Positions 1 to 9,946 are shown, counted from the first letter of the stretch. The stretch is DNA of 64,000 bases from Minisyncoccota bacterium (GCA_041674285.1 JBAYVZ010000001.1:85732-149731), one strand, 5' to 3'. Program-made: numbers and translations. Notes: a model not told the origin generated them from the sequence alone.

Positions 1-2
1 AG

Positions 3-191
3 GAATTAAATGAAGCAAAAGACTTTATCGACATCGTAAATAAATCTGGTCGCTGGCCCAATCCAGTCGTCACCACACTCGAACCATTCACCATATTCTG
101 GCGCGCCGAGGAATATCATCAGGACTATCTACAAAAAAATCCGGGTGGCTACACCTGCCATGCGATATATTTTGATAGTTACCTAAAATAA
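3..191 (+). CDS. msrA: peptide methionine sulfoxide reductase MsrA, C-terminal fragment (5' truncated by window edge)
   Basis: Frame-3 translation reads ...[34 protein letters not shown] with the MsrA C-terminal AE(E/D)YHQ(D/Q)Y motif; stop TAA at 189-191; immediately upstream of msrB. Confidence 0.7.
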   Translation, partial: ELNEAKDFIDIVNKSGRWPNPVVTTLEPFTIFWRAEEYHQDYLQKNPGGYTCHAIYFDSYLK

Positions 192-198
192 TAATTAT

Positions 199-570
199 AT
201 GAACGATATACATTTAAACGAACTAACAGAAGAAGAAAAGAGGGTGATAGTAGGCAAAGGGACCGAGGCACCTTTTGTGGGTGAGTATACGAATACTAAA
301 TCCACTGGTGTGTATGTCTGCCTACAATGCAATGCACCGCTATATGCCTCTAAAGACAAATTCGAGAGTACTTGTGGCTGGCCTAGCTTTGATCAGGAGA
401 TAGAGGGTGCAGTGCGGAGGACTCTAGATGCCGATGGTAGTAGGATCGAGATCACCTGTGCCCATTGCGGTGGCCACCTGGGTCACGTATTCGAGGGTGA
501 GGGCCTGACTGATCGGAATATCCGTCACTGCGTGAATTCAATATCAATGAAATTTATAGAAGGGAAATAG
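199..570 (+). CDS. msrB: peptide methionine sulfoxide reductase MsrB (SelR domain)
   Basis: 123 aa with two CxxC pairs (CLQC...CAHCGGHLGHVF) and the CGWPSF motif typical of MsrB. Confidence 0.9.
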   Translation: MNDIHLNELTEEEKRVIVGKGTEAPFVGEYTNTKSTGVYVCLQCNAPLYASKDKFESTCGWPSFDQEIEGAVRRTLDADGSRIEITCAHCGGHLGHVFEGEGLTDRNIRHCVNSISMKFIEGK

Positions 571-571
571 T

Positions 572-1039
572 ATGCGCTACTGGCTCATAAAAAGTGAAGG
601 GGATTGCTACTCGATAGATGATCTCAAAAAAGACAAGAAGATTGCCTGGACTGGTATTCGCAATTATCAGTCCCGCAATTTTATGATGAATGATATGTCC
701 GTAGGTGATATAGCCCTCTTTTACCATTCCAATGGCACTACTGAGGCACCCACTGGCGTATACGGCATAGCCCGCGTAGCCTCGGCATCGCACCCGGACG
801 AGACCCAGTTTGCAAAGGATGATGAACACTACGATCCCAAGGCGACAAAGGAGAGGCCCATCTGGCACTGCGTAGGCATGGCCTTTGTCCGTAAATTCCG
901 GAATCCTGTGACTCTAGCCGAGATCAAGATTGACCCCGCTCTCGAGGGCATGCTGGTCCGCACCCGCGGCTCCCGCCTGTCCATCCAACCCGTCTCCCAA
1001 AAGCATTTTGAGTATATTGTGGGGTTGACTGACAATTAA
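572..1039 (+). CDS. EVE (PUA-like) domain protein
   Basis: MRYWLIKSEG...IAWTGIRNYQSRNFMMNDMSVGDIALFYHSN matches the EVE/DUF55 N-terminal signature; GC content higher than neighbouring radC. Confidence 0.8.
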   Translation: MRYWLIKSEGDCYSIDDLKKDKKIAWTGIRNYQSRNFMMNDMSVGDIALFYHSNGTTEAPTGVYGIARVASASHPDETQFAKDDEHYDPKATKERPIWHCVGMAFVRKFRNPVTLAEIKIDPALEGMLVRTRGSRLSIQPVSQKHFEYIVGLTDN

Positions 1040-1057
1040 TTATGATATAATTTATTT

Positions 1058-1717
1058 ATGAAATTAAAACAACTTCAAAAAGTTGATTTACCTCGTGAGA
1101 AATTGGCAAAGTATGGTGTTGATAAGTTAAAGGACTATGAGCTATTAGCTCTACTTTTAGGTTCAGGCATTAAGGGGTTGAATGTATTAGAACTTTCGAA
1201 AAGAATTTTAATCTTAGTAAAGAAGGATGGAATAGGAAATATTACCTTAAAAAATCTATTAGAAATAAAAGGTCTAGGTAAAGCAAAAGCATCCCAAGTT
1301 CTCTCTGCTCTGGAACTTAGCAAAAGGTTGAATACTGAAAATCAGATAGAAATACTTTCCTCTTTGGATGTTTGGAATTTCTGTTCTGATATAAGATCTA
1401 CAAAAAGAGAGCATTTTATTGCTTTTTATTTAGATACTCAAAATAGACTAATAGAACGTCAGATTATTTCTATTGGTACATTAAATGCATCACTGGTCCA
1501 TCCTAGAGAGGTTTTTGAGCCTGCTCTGACTTTGCATGCCTCTAGTATTCTTATTGCTCACAACCATCCATCAGGAGAGCTTAATCCATCTGCAGATGAT
1601 ATAGAAGTGACCAGGAGGCTTGTTCAGTCTGGTAAAATAATCGGTGTGGAGATTGTAGATCATATAATAGTCACAAAAAATAGTTATCTAAGCTTTCAGC
1701 AGAAAAATCTACTTTAG
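1058..1717 (+). CDS. radC: RadC-like JAB/MPN domain protein (UPF0758)
   Basis: N-terminal helix-hairpin-helix (LKNLLEIKGLGKAKASQV) plus C-terminal JAMM motif HNHPSG...SxxD; TATAAT lies 6 nt upstream of the ATG. Confidence 0.85.
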   Translation: MKLKQLQKVDLPREKLAKYGVDKLKDYELLALLLGSGIKGLNVLELSKRILILVKKDGIGNITLKNLLEIKGLGKAKASQVLSALELSKRLNTENQIEILSSLDVWNFCSDIRSTKREHFIAFYLDTQNRLIERQIISIGTLNASLVHPREVFEPALTLHASSILIAHNHPSGELNPSADDIEVTRRLVQSGKIIGVEIVDHIIVTKNSYLSFQQKNLL

Positions 1718-1794
1718 TTTCTGTATTTTTAGGGTTAGAAAGACTTATTTTAAGGCCTAGTAAAAGAAGAATTTATAGCATATAATTAGATTTA

Positions 1795-4146
1795 ATGGAC
1801 AAAAAATCACTAACAGAACAAGATATTTGCTCAAAATATATACTACCGGCCATTACAGATAGTGGTTGGGATTTAAAGCATCAAATCCGTGAACAGGTTA
1901 CTTTTACTGCCGGCAAGATTACCGTACGTGGCAAGACTGTTTCTCGTGGAGATCAAAAGCGTGCTGATATTATCTTGTATTACAAAAATGATTTACCGAT
2001 AGCTATCATTGAAGCTAAAGACAATAATCATGGAGTAGGTGCTGGTATGGAGCAGGGTCTTGGTTATGCTGAAGCTCTGGATATTCCTTTTGTTTTTAGT
2101 TCCAATGGGGATGCTTTTATTGAACATGATCGATTTGTGGCAGAGGGGGTTAAAGAAAGAGAAATATCTTTAGATAAATTCCCGTCACCTGAGGAGTTAT
2201 TTGAAAGATATAAAACAGCTAAAGGGATAGATAATAATATCGAAAATATAATTTCTGAAGAATATTTTCAGGAGCTTAAAGGTAAATCTCCTAGATATTT
2301 TCAAAGAGTAGCAATAAATAGAACAGTAGAAGCTGTAGCAAAAGCCCAAAAGCGTATTCTTTTGGTGATGGCTACGGGTACAGGTAAGACGTATACTGCA
2401 TTTCAGATTATTTGGCGTTTATGGAAGTCAAAATCTAAAAAAAGAATATTATTTCTTGTTGATAGAAATATATTAGCTGACCAGACTATGATCAATGATT
2501 TCAAGCATTTTGGAGACAAAATGACGAAAATAGAAAACCGAAATGTTGATAAATCTTACGAAGTTTATCTTGCTCTATATCAGGGGATTACTGGAAACGA
2601 AGAGGAGAAGAATATTTTTAAACAATTTTCTCCAGACTTTTTTGATTTGATCATTGTGGACGAGTGTCACCGTGGTAGTGCAAAAGACGACTCCGCTTGG
2701 CGTGAAGTTTTGGATTATTATTCAAATGCTACACAGATCGGCCTTACCGCTACACCAAAAGAAACAAAAGATATCTCTACTCAGTCATATTTTGGAGAGC
2801 CTATTTATACTTATTCATTAAAACAGGGTATAGATGATGGTTTTCTTGCTCCGTACAAGGTTATTCGAATTATTATCGATCGTGATGTGGAGGGGTATAG
2901 ACCAGAGGCCGGCAAGACAGATAAATACGGCAATGAGATTCCTGATCGTGTTTATAATACAAAAGATTTTGATCGTGATTTAGTTATAGACGAGCGCACA
3001 GAAATTGTAGCTAGAAAAATTACTGAATATATGAAAGAAACAGATCGTATGCAAAAAACGATTGTTTTCTGTGTGGATATAGATCATGCTGTTCGCATGC
3101 GTCAAGCATTAGCAAATGAAAATGCTGATATGGTTGCCGAAAATCGCAAATATGTTGTACGTATTACCGGAGACAATGAAGAGGGTAAGAGAGAATTGGA
3201 TAATTTTATTGACCCAGAAAATCCCTATCCGGTTATAGCAGTCACTTCAAAACTCATGACTACAGGAGTGGACGCTCAAACTTGTAGATTGATCGTTCTT
3301 GATCAAAATATTGGATCTATGACTGAATTCAAGCAAATAATCGGTCGTGGTACTCGTGTCCGAGAGGATTACAATAAAATGTATTTTACTATTATGGATT
3401 TCAGGAGTGTCACAGAGCTTTTTGCTGACCCAGATTTTGATGGTGACCCTGTTGTCGTGTATGAACCAAAAGGTGATGACCCTCTGAGTCCACCTGAAGA
3501 TATTATTGATCCAGTAGAACCAGAACCTGTTATATATCAAAAACCAAAGATAAACATCGGTGGTATTACTATTGGAGAGCCTCGTACAAAATTTTATGTA
3601 AATGGTATCGATGTAAAAGTTATAAATGAGCGTGTTCAATATATAGGCGAAGATGGTAAATTAATCACTGAATCCTTGAAAGATTATTCAAAGAAAAATA
3701 TTTTAAATGAGTATTCATCTCTGGATTCTTTTTTGAATGCCTGGAATCAGAGTGACAAAAAAGAAATAATAATAGAAGAATTAAAAAAGCAGGGTGTATT
3801 TTTTGAAGAATTAGAAAAAGAAGTTGGTAAAAATCTGGATCCATTTGATCTTGTTTGTCACATAGCTTATGGCAAGAAGCCTCTTACTCGCAAAGAGCGC
3901 GCAGAGAATGTCAGAAGGAATGATTACTTTGCAAAATACGAGGGCAAAGCCCGAGAGGTGATAGATGCTCTTTTGGAAAAATATGCAGATACAGGTATTA
4001 CCGCTATAGATGATATTGGTGATTTGCAGGTATCTCCTTTTACAAATTTTGGTACACCAGTGGAGATCGTAAACGAAATTTTCGGGGGGAGAGAAAAATA
4101 TTTAGAAGTTATTAGAAATATACAAAATAGCATTTATTTATGTTAG
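1795..4146 (+). CDS. hsdR: type I restriction enzyme R subunit (HsdR)
   Basis: HsdR_N-like N-terminus, SF2 helicase motifs MATGTGKT (Walker A), DECHR (motif II), TATP, QIIGRGTR; first gene of the R-M operon. Confidence 0.9.
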   Translation: MDKKSLTEQDICSKYILPAITDSGWDLKHQIREQVTFTAGKITVRGKTVSRGDQKRADIILYYKNDLPIAIIEAKDNNHGVGAGMEQGLGYAEALDIPFVFSSNGDAFIEHDRFVAEGVKEREISLDKFPSPEELFERYKTAKGIDNNIENIISEEYFQELKGKSPRYFQRVAINRTVEAVAKAQKRILLVMATGTGKTYTAFQIIWRLWKSKSKKRILFLVDRNILADQTMINDFKHFGDKMTKIENRNVDKSYEVYLALYQGITGNEEEKNIFKQFSPDFFDLIIVDECHRGSAKDDSAWREVLDYYSNATQIGLTATPKETKDISTQSYFGEPIYTYSLKQGIDDGFLAPYKVIRIIIDRDVEGYRPEAGKTDKYGNEIPDRVYNTKDFDRDLVIDERTEIVARKITEYMKETDRMQKTIVFCVDIDHAVRMRQALANENADMVAENRKYVVRITGDNEEGKRELDNFIDPENPYPVIAVTSKLMTTGVDAQTCRLIVLDQNIGSMTEFKQIIGRGTRVREDYNKMYFTIMDFRSVTELFADPDFDGDPVVVYEPKGDDPLSPPEDIIDPVEPEPVIYQKPKINIGGITIGEPRTKFYVNGIDVKVINERVQYIGEDGKLITESLKDYSKKNILNEYSSLDSFLNAWNQSDKKEIIIEELKKQGVFFEELEKEVGKNLDPFDLVCHIAYGKKPLTRKERAENVRRNDYFAKYEGKAREVIDALLEKYADTGITAIDDIGDLQVSPFTNFGTPVEIVNEIFGGREKYLEVIRNIQNSIYLC

Positions 4147-4158
4147 TTTGTATGTATA

Positions 4159-4187
4159 TTGACAATACAAACGAAAAGGTATAAAAT
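4159..4187 (+). promoter_or_regulatory. sigma70-like promoter for fic (TTGACA-17nt-TAAAAT) embedded in an 8-bp inverted repeat GTTTGTAT/ATACAAAC
   Basis: TTGACA at 4159-4164 and TAAAAT at 4182-4187 with 17-nt spacer; inverted repeat 4147-4154/4165-4172 brackets the -35. Confidence 0.45.
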
Positions 4188-4202
4188 GTTAGTATCTATC
4201 GT

Positions 4203-5375
4203 ATGAATACAAACAATAAAAAAACATATTCAATAGGAACTTATAGACCAGAAAAGGATGGGCTTAAAACATTCTTGCCAAATGCTTTTCCTGGTGATTT
4301 TGAGTTTTCTGGGAAGCTTTATAAGAAACAAAGTGAAGCATCTCATTATTTAGGTAAACTTGATGGTATTACAAAACTTTTACCCGATAAAGACTTTTTC
4401 TTGTTAATGTTTATTAAGAAAGACGCTACTTATTCTAGCCAGATCGAAGGTACTCAAGCGACATTTCAGGATGCTGTAGCCGTAGGTGCTTCTTCAGAGT
4501 ATGGAGCTGTTGATGGTAGTGATGTTCATGATATTGTTTATTACATCAAAGCTGTTAATTATGCTATGAAAAGAATTGTAGATTTTCCTCTTTCATTACG
4601 ACTAGTTAGAGAAATTCATGAAAAATTAATGAAAGGTGCTCGCTCAACACAACATGCTTATCCTGGAGAGTTTAGAAATTCTCAGAATTGGATCGGCGCA
4701 CGACTTCCCAAGGATGCAAGTTTTATCCCACCAAATGTTTCTGATATGAAAAATGCATTAGATGAGCTTGAAAAATTTATTCATGCGAAAGATGATTTTC
4801 CAGCACTCATAAAAGCAGGTCTTTTACATGCTCAATTTGAAACCATACATCCATTTACTGATGGTAATGGTCGTACTGGTAGAATGTTGATAACTCTTTA
4901 TTTGCATAAAGCAGGACTTTTGGAATTACCTGTTTTATATCTTTCAAGTTACTTTAAAAAATATCAAAAACTTTATTATTCAAAATTGGCAAGTTATCAT
5001 GATGAAGAGAGTGATATTGAGGGTTGGCTTAATTTCTTTTTAGATGGGGTTGTAGATACAGCACAGTCTTCAATAGAAACATGCGAAAAGATTATTGCAC
5101 TTAGAGAAAAGGATCATGCAAAAATTCAGACACTTGGAGTCAAAACAGCATCTAAAACATTTGAGGTTTTGCAACAGTTATACAAGCAACCAATAGTGGG
5201 TATCGCGGACATAGAAAAATGGACAAATTATACACAGCCAGGTGCCTACAAGATGATTCAGAGATTGATTGATTTAGATATTTTAGAACCATTGGGGGAT
5301 GTAAAGTATGGCCAAAAATATGTTTATACAAAGTATTACAAGATATTCGATTCTGATTTTATAAATAAAAAATAA
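4203..5375 (+). CDS. fic: Fic/DOC family protein (AMPylase-type; N-terminal Fic/DUF4172-like domain, C-terminal wHTH)
   Basis: Canonical Fic motif HPFTDGNGRTGR; upstream inhibitory-helix-like motif SSQIEGT ((S/T)xxxE(G/N)); located between hsdR and hsdM. Confidence 0.9.
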   Translation: MNTNNKKTYSIGTYRPEKDGLKTFLPNAFPGDFEFSGKLYKKQSEASHYLGKLDGITKLLPDKDFFLLMFIKKDATYSSQIEGTQATFQDAVAVGASSEYGAVDGSDVHDIVYYIKAVNYAMKRIVDFPLSLRLVREIHEKLMKGARSTQHAYPGEFRNSQNWIGARLPKDASFIPPNVSDMKNALDELEKFIHAKDDFPALIKAGLLHAQFETIHPFTDGNGRTGRMLITLYLHKAGLLELPVLYLSSYFKKYQKLYYSKLASYHDEESDIEGWLNFFLDGVVDTAQSSIETCEKIIALREKDHAKIQTLGVKTASKTFEVLQQLYKQPIVGIADIEKWTNYTQPGAYKMIQRLIDLDILEPLGDVKYGQKYVYTKYYKIFDSDFINKK

Positions 5376-5376
5376 C

Positions 5377-6807
5377 ATGGCCATACAATCTATAATAAAA
5401 AATATTCAAGACATCATGCGCAAAGACGCGGGCGTAGATGGTGATGCACAACGCCTTTCTCAGCTCGTATGGCTTTTGTTCTTAAAAATTTTCGACGACA
5501 AGGAAAAGGAATACGAGCTCGTTGATACAAAATACATTTCTCCTATTCCAGAGGATCTTCGCTGGCGTAATTGGGCGAGTAATGCCGAAGGCATCACTGG
5601 CGATGAGATGCTAGATTTCATAAACAATAAACTTTTCAAGCAACTCAAGGATCTAAAATTCAATAGCAGTGATGATCCTCGAGGTATGATAGTCAAAGAG
5701 GTTTTTGAGGATACTTACAACTATATGAAGTCTGGCACCTTGATTCGTCAGGTAGTAAATAAAATAAATGAGATAGATTTCAATAGCAAGGATGACCGCC
5801 ATCATTTCAATGAGATATACGAACATTTATTAAAGCAGCTTCAAAATGCGGGCAACGCTGGTGAATATTACACTCCTCGTCCGCTGACAAATTTTATTGT
5901 AAATACCCTTGATCCAAAATTAGGTGAAGATATTCTTGATCCCGCATGTGGTACTGGCGGATTTCTAATCAGTGCACTAGAATACATTCGTAATAGTGGA
6001 GAAATCAAAACTAAAAAAGACGAGACTAAACTTCAAAACCAAATTCATGGTGTAGAACTCAAACCACTCCCACACTTACTCGCTATTACAAATATGATTC
6101 TTCATGGAGTAGAGATTCCACAGCAGATAAAGCGTGGGGACATGCTCTCGCATCCACTTCGTGAATATGGTCCGAAAGATCGCGTGGATATTATAATCGC
6201 AAATCCTCCCTTCGGTGGTAGCGTAAAAGATGGCACTGAGGCAAACTTCCCAGCAGATTTTCGCACAAAGGAAACAGCTGATCTTTTTCTTGTATTATTT
6301 ATGGCATTATTGAAGCCTGGTGGCCGAGTCGGTATTGTCCTCCCAGACGGCTCACTCTTTGGTGAAGGGGTAAAATCTCGCATTAAAGAAAAGCTCCTTG
6401 AAGACTGCAACCTTCACACTATCATCCGCCTACCAGCAGGAGTATTCCAACCATATGCAGGGGTGAATACAAATCTAGTATTCTTTACAAAGGGTCAGCC
6501 TACAAAGGATGTCTGGTATTACCAGATGCCTCTACCAGCAGGAATGAAGCAGTATACAAAGAATCGTGGCATCACAGATGCAGAATTTGAAACTGTGGCA
6601 AAATGGTTCAAGAATAAAAAGGCAGGTGACAATGCATGGAAAGTATCTATCGCTGACATAAAAGCCCGCAATTTTAATCTTGATTTCAAGAACCCAAAGG
6701 GTGGGGAAGTTGAGGAAGAATTGAGTTCAAAGGAGTTGATTAAGAGAATTCAATCTGTCGAAGGTCAAATTACAAATACTTTTAGTGATATTTTGAAGAA
6801 TATATGA
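5377..6807 (+). CDS. hsdM: type I restriction-modification N6-adenine DNA methyltransferase (HsdM)
   Basis: HsdM_N-like N-terminus, SAM motif DPACGTGGFL, catalytic NPPFGG; stop overlaps the next ORF start (ATGA). Confidence 0.9.
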   Translation: MAIQSIIKNIQDIMRKDAGVDGDAQRLSQLVWLLFLKIFDDKEKEYELVDTKYISPIPEDLRWRNWASNAEGITGDEMLDFINNKLFKQLKDLKFNSSDDPRGMIVKEVFEDTYNYMKSGTLIRQVVNKINEIDFNSKDDRHHFNEIYEHLLKQLQNAGNAGEYYTPRPLTNFIVNTLDPKLGEDILDPACGTGGFLISALEYIRNSGEIKTKKDETKLQNQIHGVELKPLPHLLAITNMILHGVEIPQQIKRGDMLSHPLREYGPKDRVDIIIANPPFGGSVKDGTEANFPADFRTKETADLFLVLFMALLKPGGRVGIVLPDGSLFGEGVKSRIKEKLLEDCNLHTIIRLPAGVFQPYAGVNTNLVFFTKGQPTKDVWYYQMPLPAGMKQYTKNRGITDAEFETVAKWFKNKKAGDNAWKVSIADIKARNFNLDFKNPKGGEVEEELSSKELIKRIQSVEGQITNTFSDILKNI

Positions 6808-8189
6808 AACTGCATTCAATTCAAATAAAAAATTATAGAAGCATAGAAGATATTTCTTTTGAGATTATTCAATTAGATGATAAAAGTTTTACATATGGTC
6901 TGATTGGAGTTAATGAGGCTGGTAAATCGAGCATACTTAAAGCATTGTCATTAAAAGATGGATTAGTTCAGACTCAACAAAAAGATTTTCGTGATAAATC
7001 AAAGCCTGTTGAGGTCATTTATTCTTATGAACTTACTATTGAAGAGAGTAATGAATGTAAATCTATTTTGGAGCCAATACCTGATAATTTAATTTTTACT
7101 GATATTTCACTGAAAGCATATTTTTTAATCCAAAATCCAACACAAATAAATCTAGAATTTGATTTATTAAATATAACAAACGAGGAAAAAGCAAAAATCC
7201 AAGAAAAATTACAACAGTTGTTCTTATCTAAAATTCATAAGTCTGTTTTTTGGACAGCGGAAGATAAGTATTTAATTTCACAGCCAATAGATCTTAACGC
7301 TTTTGCTAATTCACCTGAAAATGTTTCGATTCCACTTAAAAATTGTTTTTATCTTGCTGGTATTTTAAATATCCAAGATAGAATAAGTTCTGTTGGTGTT
7401 GATTCTACTGAAATTGAGCAGCTTCAAACTGAACTCGGGGAAAAAGTAACAGATCATATTAAAACTGTTTGGCCAAATCATCCTATAGATATAACTTTTT
7501 TAATAAATAATGGCCAAATTAATTTTCATATAAAAGATGAGGGTGTTTCTGGTAAGGCAAAAACAGCAGATCAGAGAAGTGATGGTTTTAAGCAATTCGT
7601 ATCTTTTCTTCTTACTGTTTCTGCTCAAAATAAAAATGATGAACTTGCTAACTCAATTTTATTGCTTGATGAGCCTGAAACTCATCTACACCCACAAGCA
7701 CAAGAATATTTACTAGGAGAATTCATAAAGATTTCTTTAAATAATAGAAATAATATTGTATTTTTTGCTACCCATTCAAATTACATGATTGATAAGGGAG
7801 ATTTAAGTAGAAACTATAGGATTAAAAAAGAAAGTGGTAAGACAGAAAAAAATAAATTTGATAAAAAAAATTCCACATATGCGAGTGTAACTTATGAAGT
7901 TTTTGACATTCCAAGCACTGATTATCATAATGAGATTTATGGAAAATTGCATGATAGATATCAAGATGCAGATATTTCTGATGAAAAAAGATCTGGAGTG
8001 TTAAATTTTGATACTGGATTTTTGTATTCCGAAAAAGGGATTAAAAAAGATAAACCATGGAAGGGAAATATTAACCAAGCAACCCTACCTACATATATTA
8101 GGAATTGCATTCACCATCCTGATAATGGAGATAAATATAAAGATGTGGAATTAAGAAAATCTATAGAGTTGCTACGTTCTTATTTATGA
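6804..8189 (+). CDS. ABC/AAA_15-type ATPase with C-terminal HEPN-like RNxxxH motif (PrrC/RloC-like candidate anticodon nuclease, or RloA-like restriction-linked ATPase)
   Basis: Walker A GVNEAGKSS; ABC-like D/H-loop LLLDEPETHLHPQAQ; C-terminal ~150-aa extension containing RNCIHH (R-N-x3-H) about 30 aa from the C-terminus; translationally coupled between hsdM and hsdS. Confidence 0.7.
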   Translation: MKLHSIQIKNYRSIEDISFEIIQLDDKSFTYGLIGVNEAGKSSILKALSLKDGLVQTQQKDFRDKSKPVEVIYSYELTIEESNECKSILEPIPDNLIFTDISLKAYFLIQNPTQINLEFDLLNITNEEKAKIQEKLQQLFLSKIHKSVFWTAEDKYLISQPIDLNAFANSPENVSIPLKNCFYLAGILNIQDRISSVGVDSTEIEQLQTELGEKVTDHIKTVWPNHPIDITFLINNGQINFHIKDEGVSGKAKTADQRSDGFKQFVSFLLTVSAQNKNDELANSILLLDEPETHLHPQAQEYLLGEFIKISLNNRNNIVFFATHSNYMIDKGDLSRNYRIKKESGKTEKNKFDKKNSTYASVTYEVFDIPSTDYHNEIYGKLHDRYQDADISDEKRSGVLNFDTGFLYSEKGIKKDKPWKGNINQATLPTYIRNCIHHPDNGDKYKDVELRKSIELLRSYL

Positions 8190-8599
8190 AAAATAAACAC
8201 CAAACCTCAAAAATAAATTTAATCAAAGATTTTAAAATTGCTTTAAAGGATATGGAGCCATATGTAAAAAATCCAGACTATCTTATTAAAGGTAGAGAGT
8301 TTTCTAATTTTTCGTTAAGACCTAGAGAGGCTTGGGCGAATTGGTTGCTCTGTGTTGTTTTGAGAAAACTACATGGTGATAATATAACTTTTGCAGAGGA
8401 TCCCAATGGTGATGGTTTTATTGTTGATAAAAATACAGAAGAAATGATACAAACAGAGCATGTTTCAGCGCTGGAAAACCCTCTTAATCCTCAGCCAAAA
8501 GGAGAAAATAGAATTATAGATGCAATCAATTTAAAAATTATAAAAGGACCCGCATACGCTACTGGTAAATGGTTGGTGGTGTTTTTTGATGGGGCTTAA
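8186..8599 (+). CDS. hypothetical protein (restriction-linked ORF); the frame stays open for 69 further codons after an in-frame TAA (to 8806)
   Basis: 137-aa ORF overlapping the ATPase stop. After TAA at 8597-8599 the same frame has no stop until 8807-8809 despite AT-rich sequence. Confidence 0.4.
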   Translation: MKNKHQTSKINLIKDFKIALKDMEPYVKNPDYLIKGREFSNFSLRPREAWANWLLCVVLRKLHGDNITFAEDPNGDGFIVDKNTEEMIQTEHVSALENPLNPQPKGENRIIDAINLKIIKGPAYATGKWLVVFFDGA

Positions 8600-8810
8600 G
8601 AATTTTTCAGAAATAAAATAAGAGAAAACATAAAAGGTAGACATAATTTTGATGCTGTTTATTGCGTTGGTCTATTGACTGTGGATATAAATAGATACTC
8701 TTATATAGTTTCAGAATTTAAGGACTCTAGTGGAGAAAAATCTATATCTTTTAAAATAGATATTAATAATGATTTTACAGATTGGAACATTAATCAAATT
8801 CTTCAATAAT

Positions 8811-9938
8811 ATGAAAAATAATTGGCAAACAAAAAAAGTCGGGGATTGTTTAGAAAAAATACCTAGTTTGGGTAGTGTATTTAGTAGTCAAAATTTACAA
8901 ATTGGAAATTTTCCAATTATAGATCAGGGTCAAGATTTCATCACTGGGTATACAAATGATAAATCTTTAGTTTTTTCAGATTGTTTACCAGTGATTATTT
9001 TTGGAGACCACACACGAGCTTTGAAATTTATTGATTTTCCTTTTGCTGTTGGGGCAGATGGAACTAAAATACTAAAACCAAAAGCTGAATTTGATCCAAG
9101 ATTTTTCTATTACATGTTGTTATCTTTGGATTTAGGAAGTCGTGGATATGCTCGTCATTTTAAATTGCTAAAAGAATCAGAAATTCCACTCCCACCTCTA
9201 AAAACCCAAAAGGAAATTGTTGCGAAGTTGGGTGAGAAGATGGGGAAGATTAAAGAAGCGAAAAAATTACGGGAAGTGGCTATTGCTGACACTGAAAAAA
9301 TCCTCTCCCAAACCCTCCGCGAAATTTTTGAAGAAGGAAAAGAGAAAGGGTGGGAGGAAGTTTTCTTGAGAGATGTTTCTGAGGTTGTTGGTGGTGGAAC
9401 TCCAAGTACTTCAGTAAAGGGTTATTGGGACCAAACTTACGCATGGGCAACACCTAAAGACTTAGGAAGACTAAATTCGGTTTATATAAATAAGACAGAC
9501 AAAACAATATCAGAATTAGGTTTAAAAAATTCTTCAGCAAAACTTCTGCCTATTGGGTCAATTGTTTTTTCGTCACGTGCGCCAATCGGGTATTTGGCTA
9601 TTAATACTGTTCCTATGGCTACTAATCAAGGTTGTAGAAATTTTGTGTGTTCAGATAAAATAATTAATAAATTTCTCTATTACTCTTTAGTTTTTAATAG
9701 AGAATATATTAAGTCCCTAGGCTCAGGGTCAACATTTGCTGAAATATCAGGTTCAAAGCTAAAAGAAATTATAATATTTATTCCATCTCTTTCTGAACAA
9801 AAGAAAATTGTTACTAGGCTTGATGCACTTTCGGAAAAGATTCGCAAGGCGGTTGAGCTTCAAAAATCCCAGCTAGAGGATTTGAAAAAACTAGAAAAAG
9901 CCTATTTACGAGAAGCATTTAATGGGGAATTAATTTAA
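8811..9938 (+). CDS. hsdS: type I restriction-modification specificity subunit (HsdS), two target-recognition domains
   Basis: Central and C-terminal conserved HsdS helices (LPPLKTQKEIVAKLGEKMGKIKEAKKLRE... and IPSLSEQKKIVTRLDALSEKIRKAVELQKSQLEDLKK); an alternative upstream start at 8769 is possible. Confidence 0.85.
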   Translation: MKNNWQTKKVGDCLEKIPSLGSVFSSQNLQIGNFPIIDQGQDFITGYTNDKSLVFSDCLPVIIFGDHTRALKFIDFPFAVGADGTKILKPKAEFDPRFFYYMLLSLDLGSRGYARHFKLLKESEIPLPPLKTQKEIVAKLGEKMGKIKEAKKLREVAIADTEKILSQTLREIFEEGKEKGWEEVFLRDVSEVVGGGTPSTSVKGYWDQTYAWATPKDLGRLNSVYINKTDKTISELGLKNSSAKLLPIGSIVFSSRAPIGYLAINTVPMATNQGCRNFVCSDKIINKFLYYSLVFNREYIKSLGSGSTFAEISGSKLKEIIIFIPSLSEQKKIVTRLDALSEKIRKAVELQKSQLEDLKKLEKAYLREAFNGELI

Positions 9939-9946
9939 AATAATTT

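Noticed and set aside
3247-3639. 130-aa minus-strand ORF inside hsdR and similar antisense ORFs (e.g. 6102..6410-, 28859..29527+, 32984..33448-, 37476..37928-)
   Set aside because: They are antisense to well-supported genes with strong motifs, and their translations are low-complexity. They are typical shadow ORFs.
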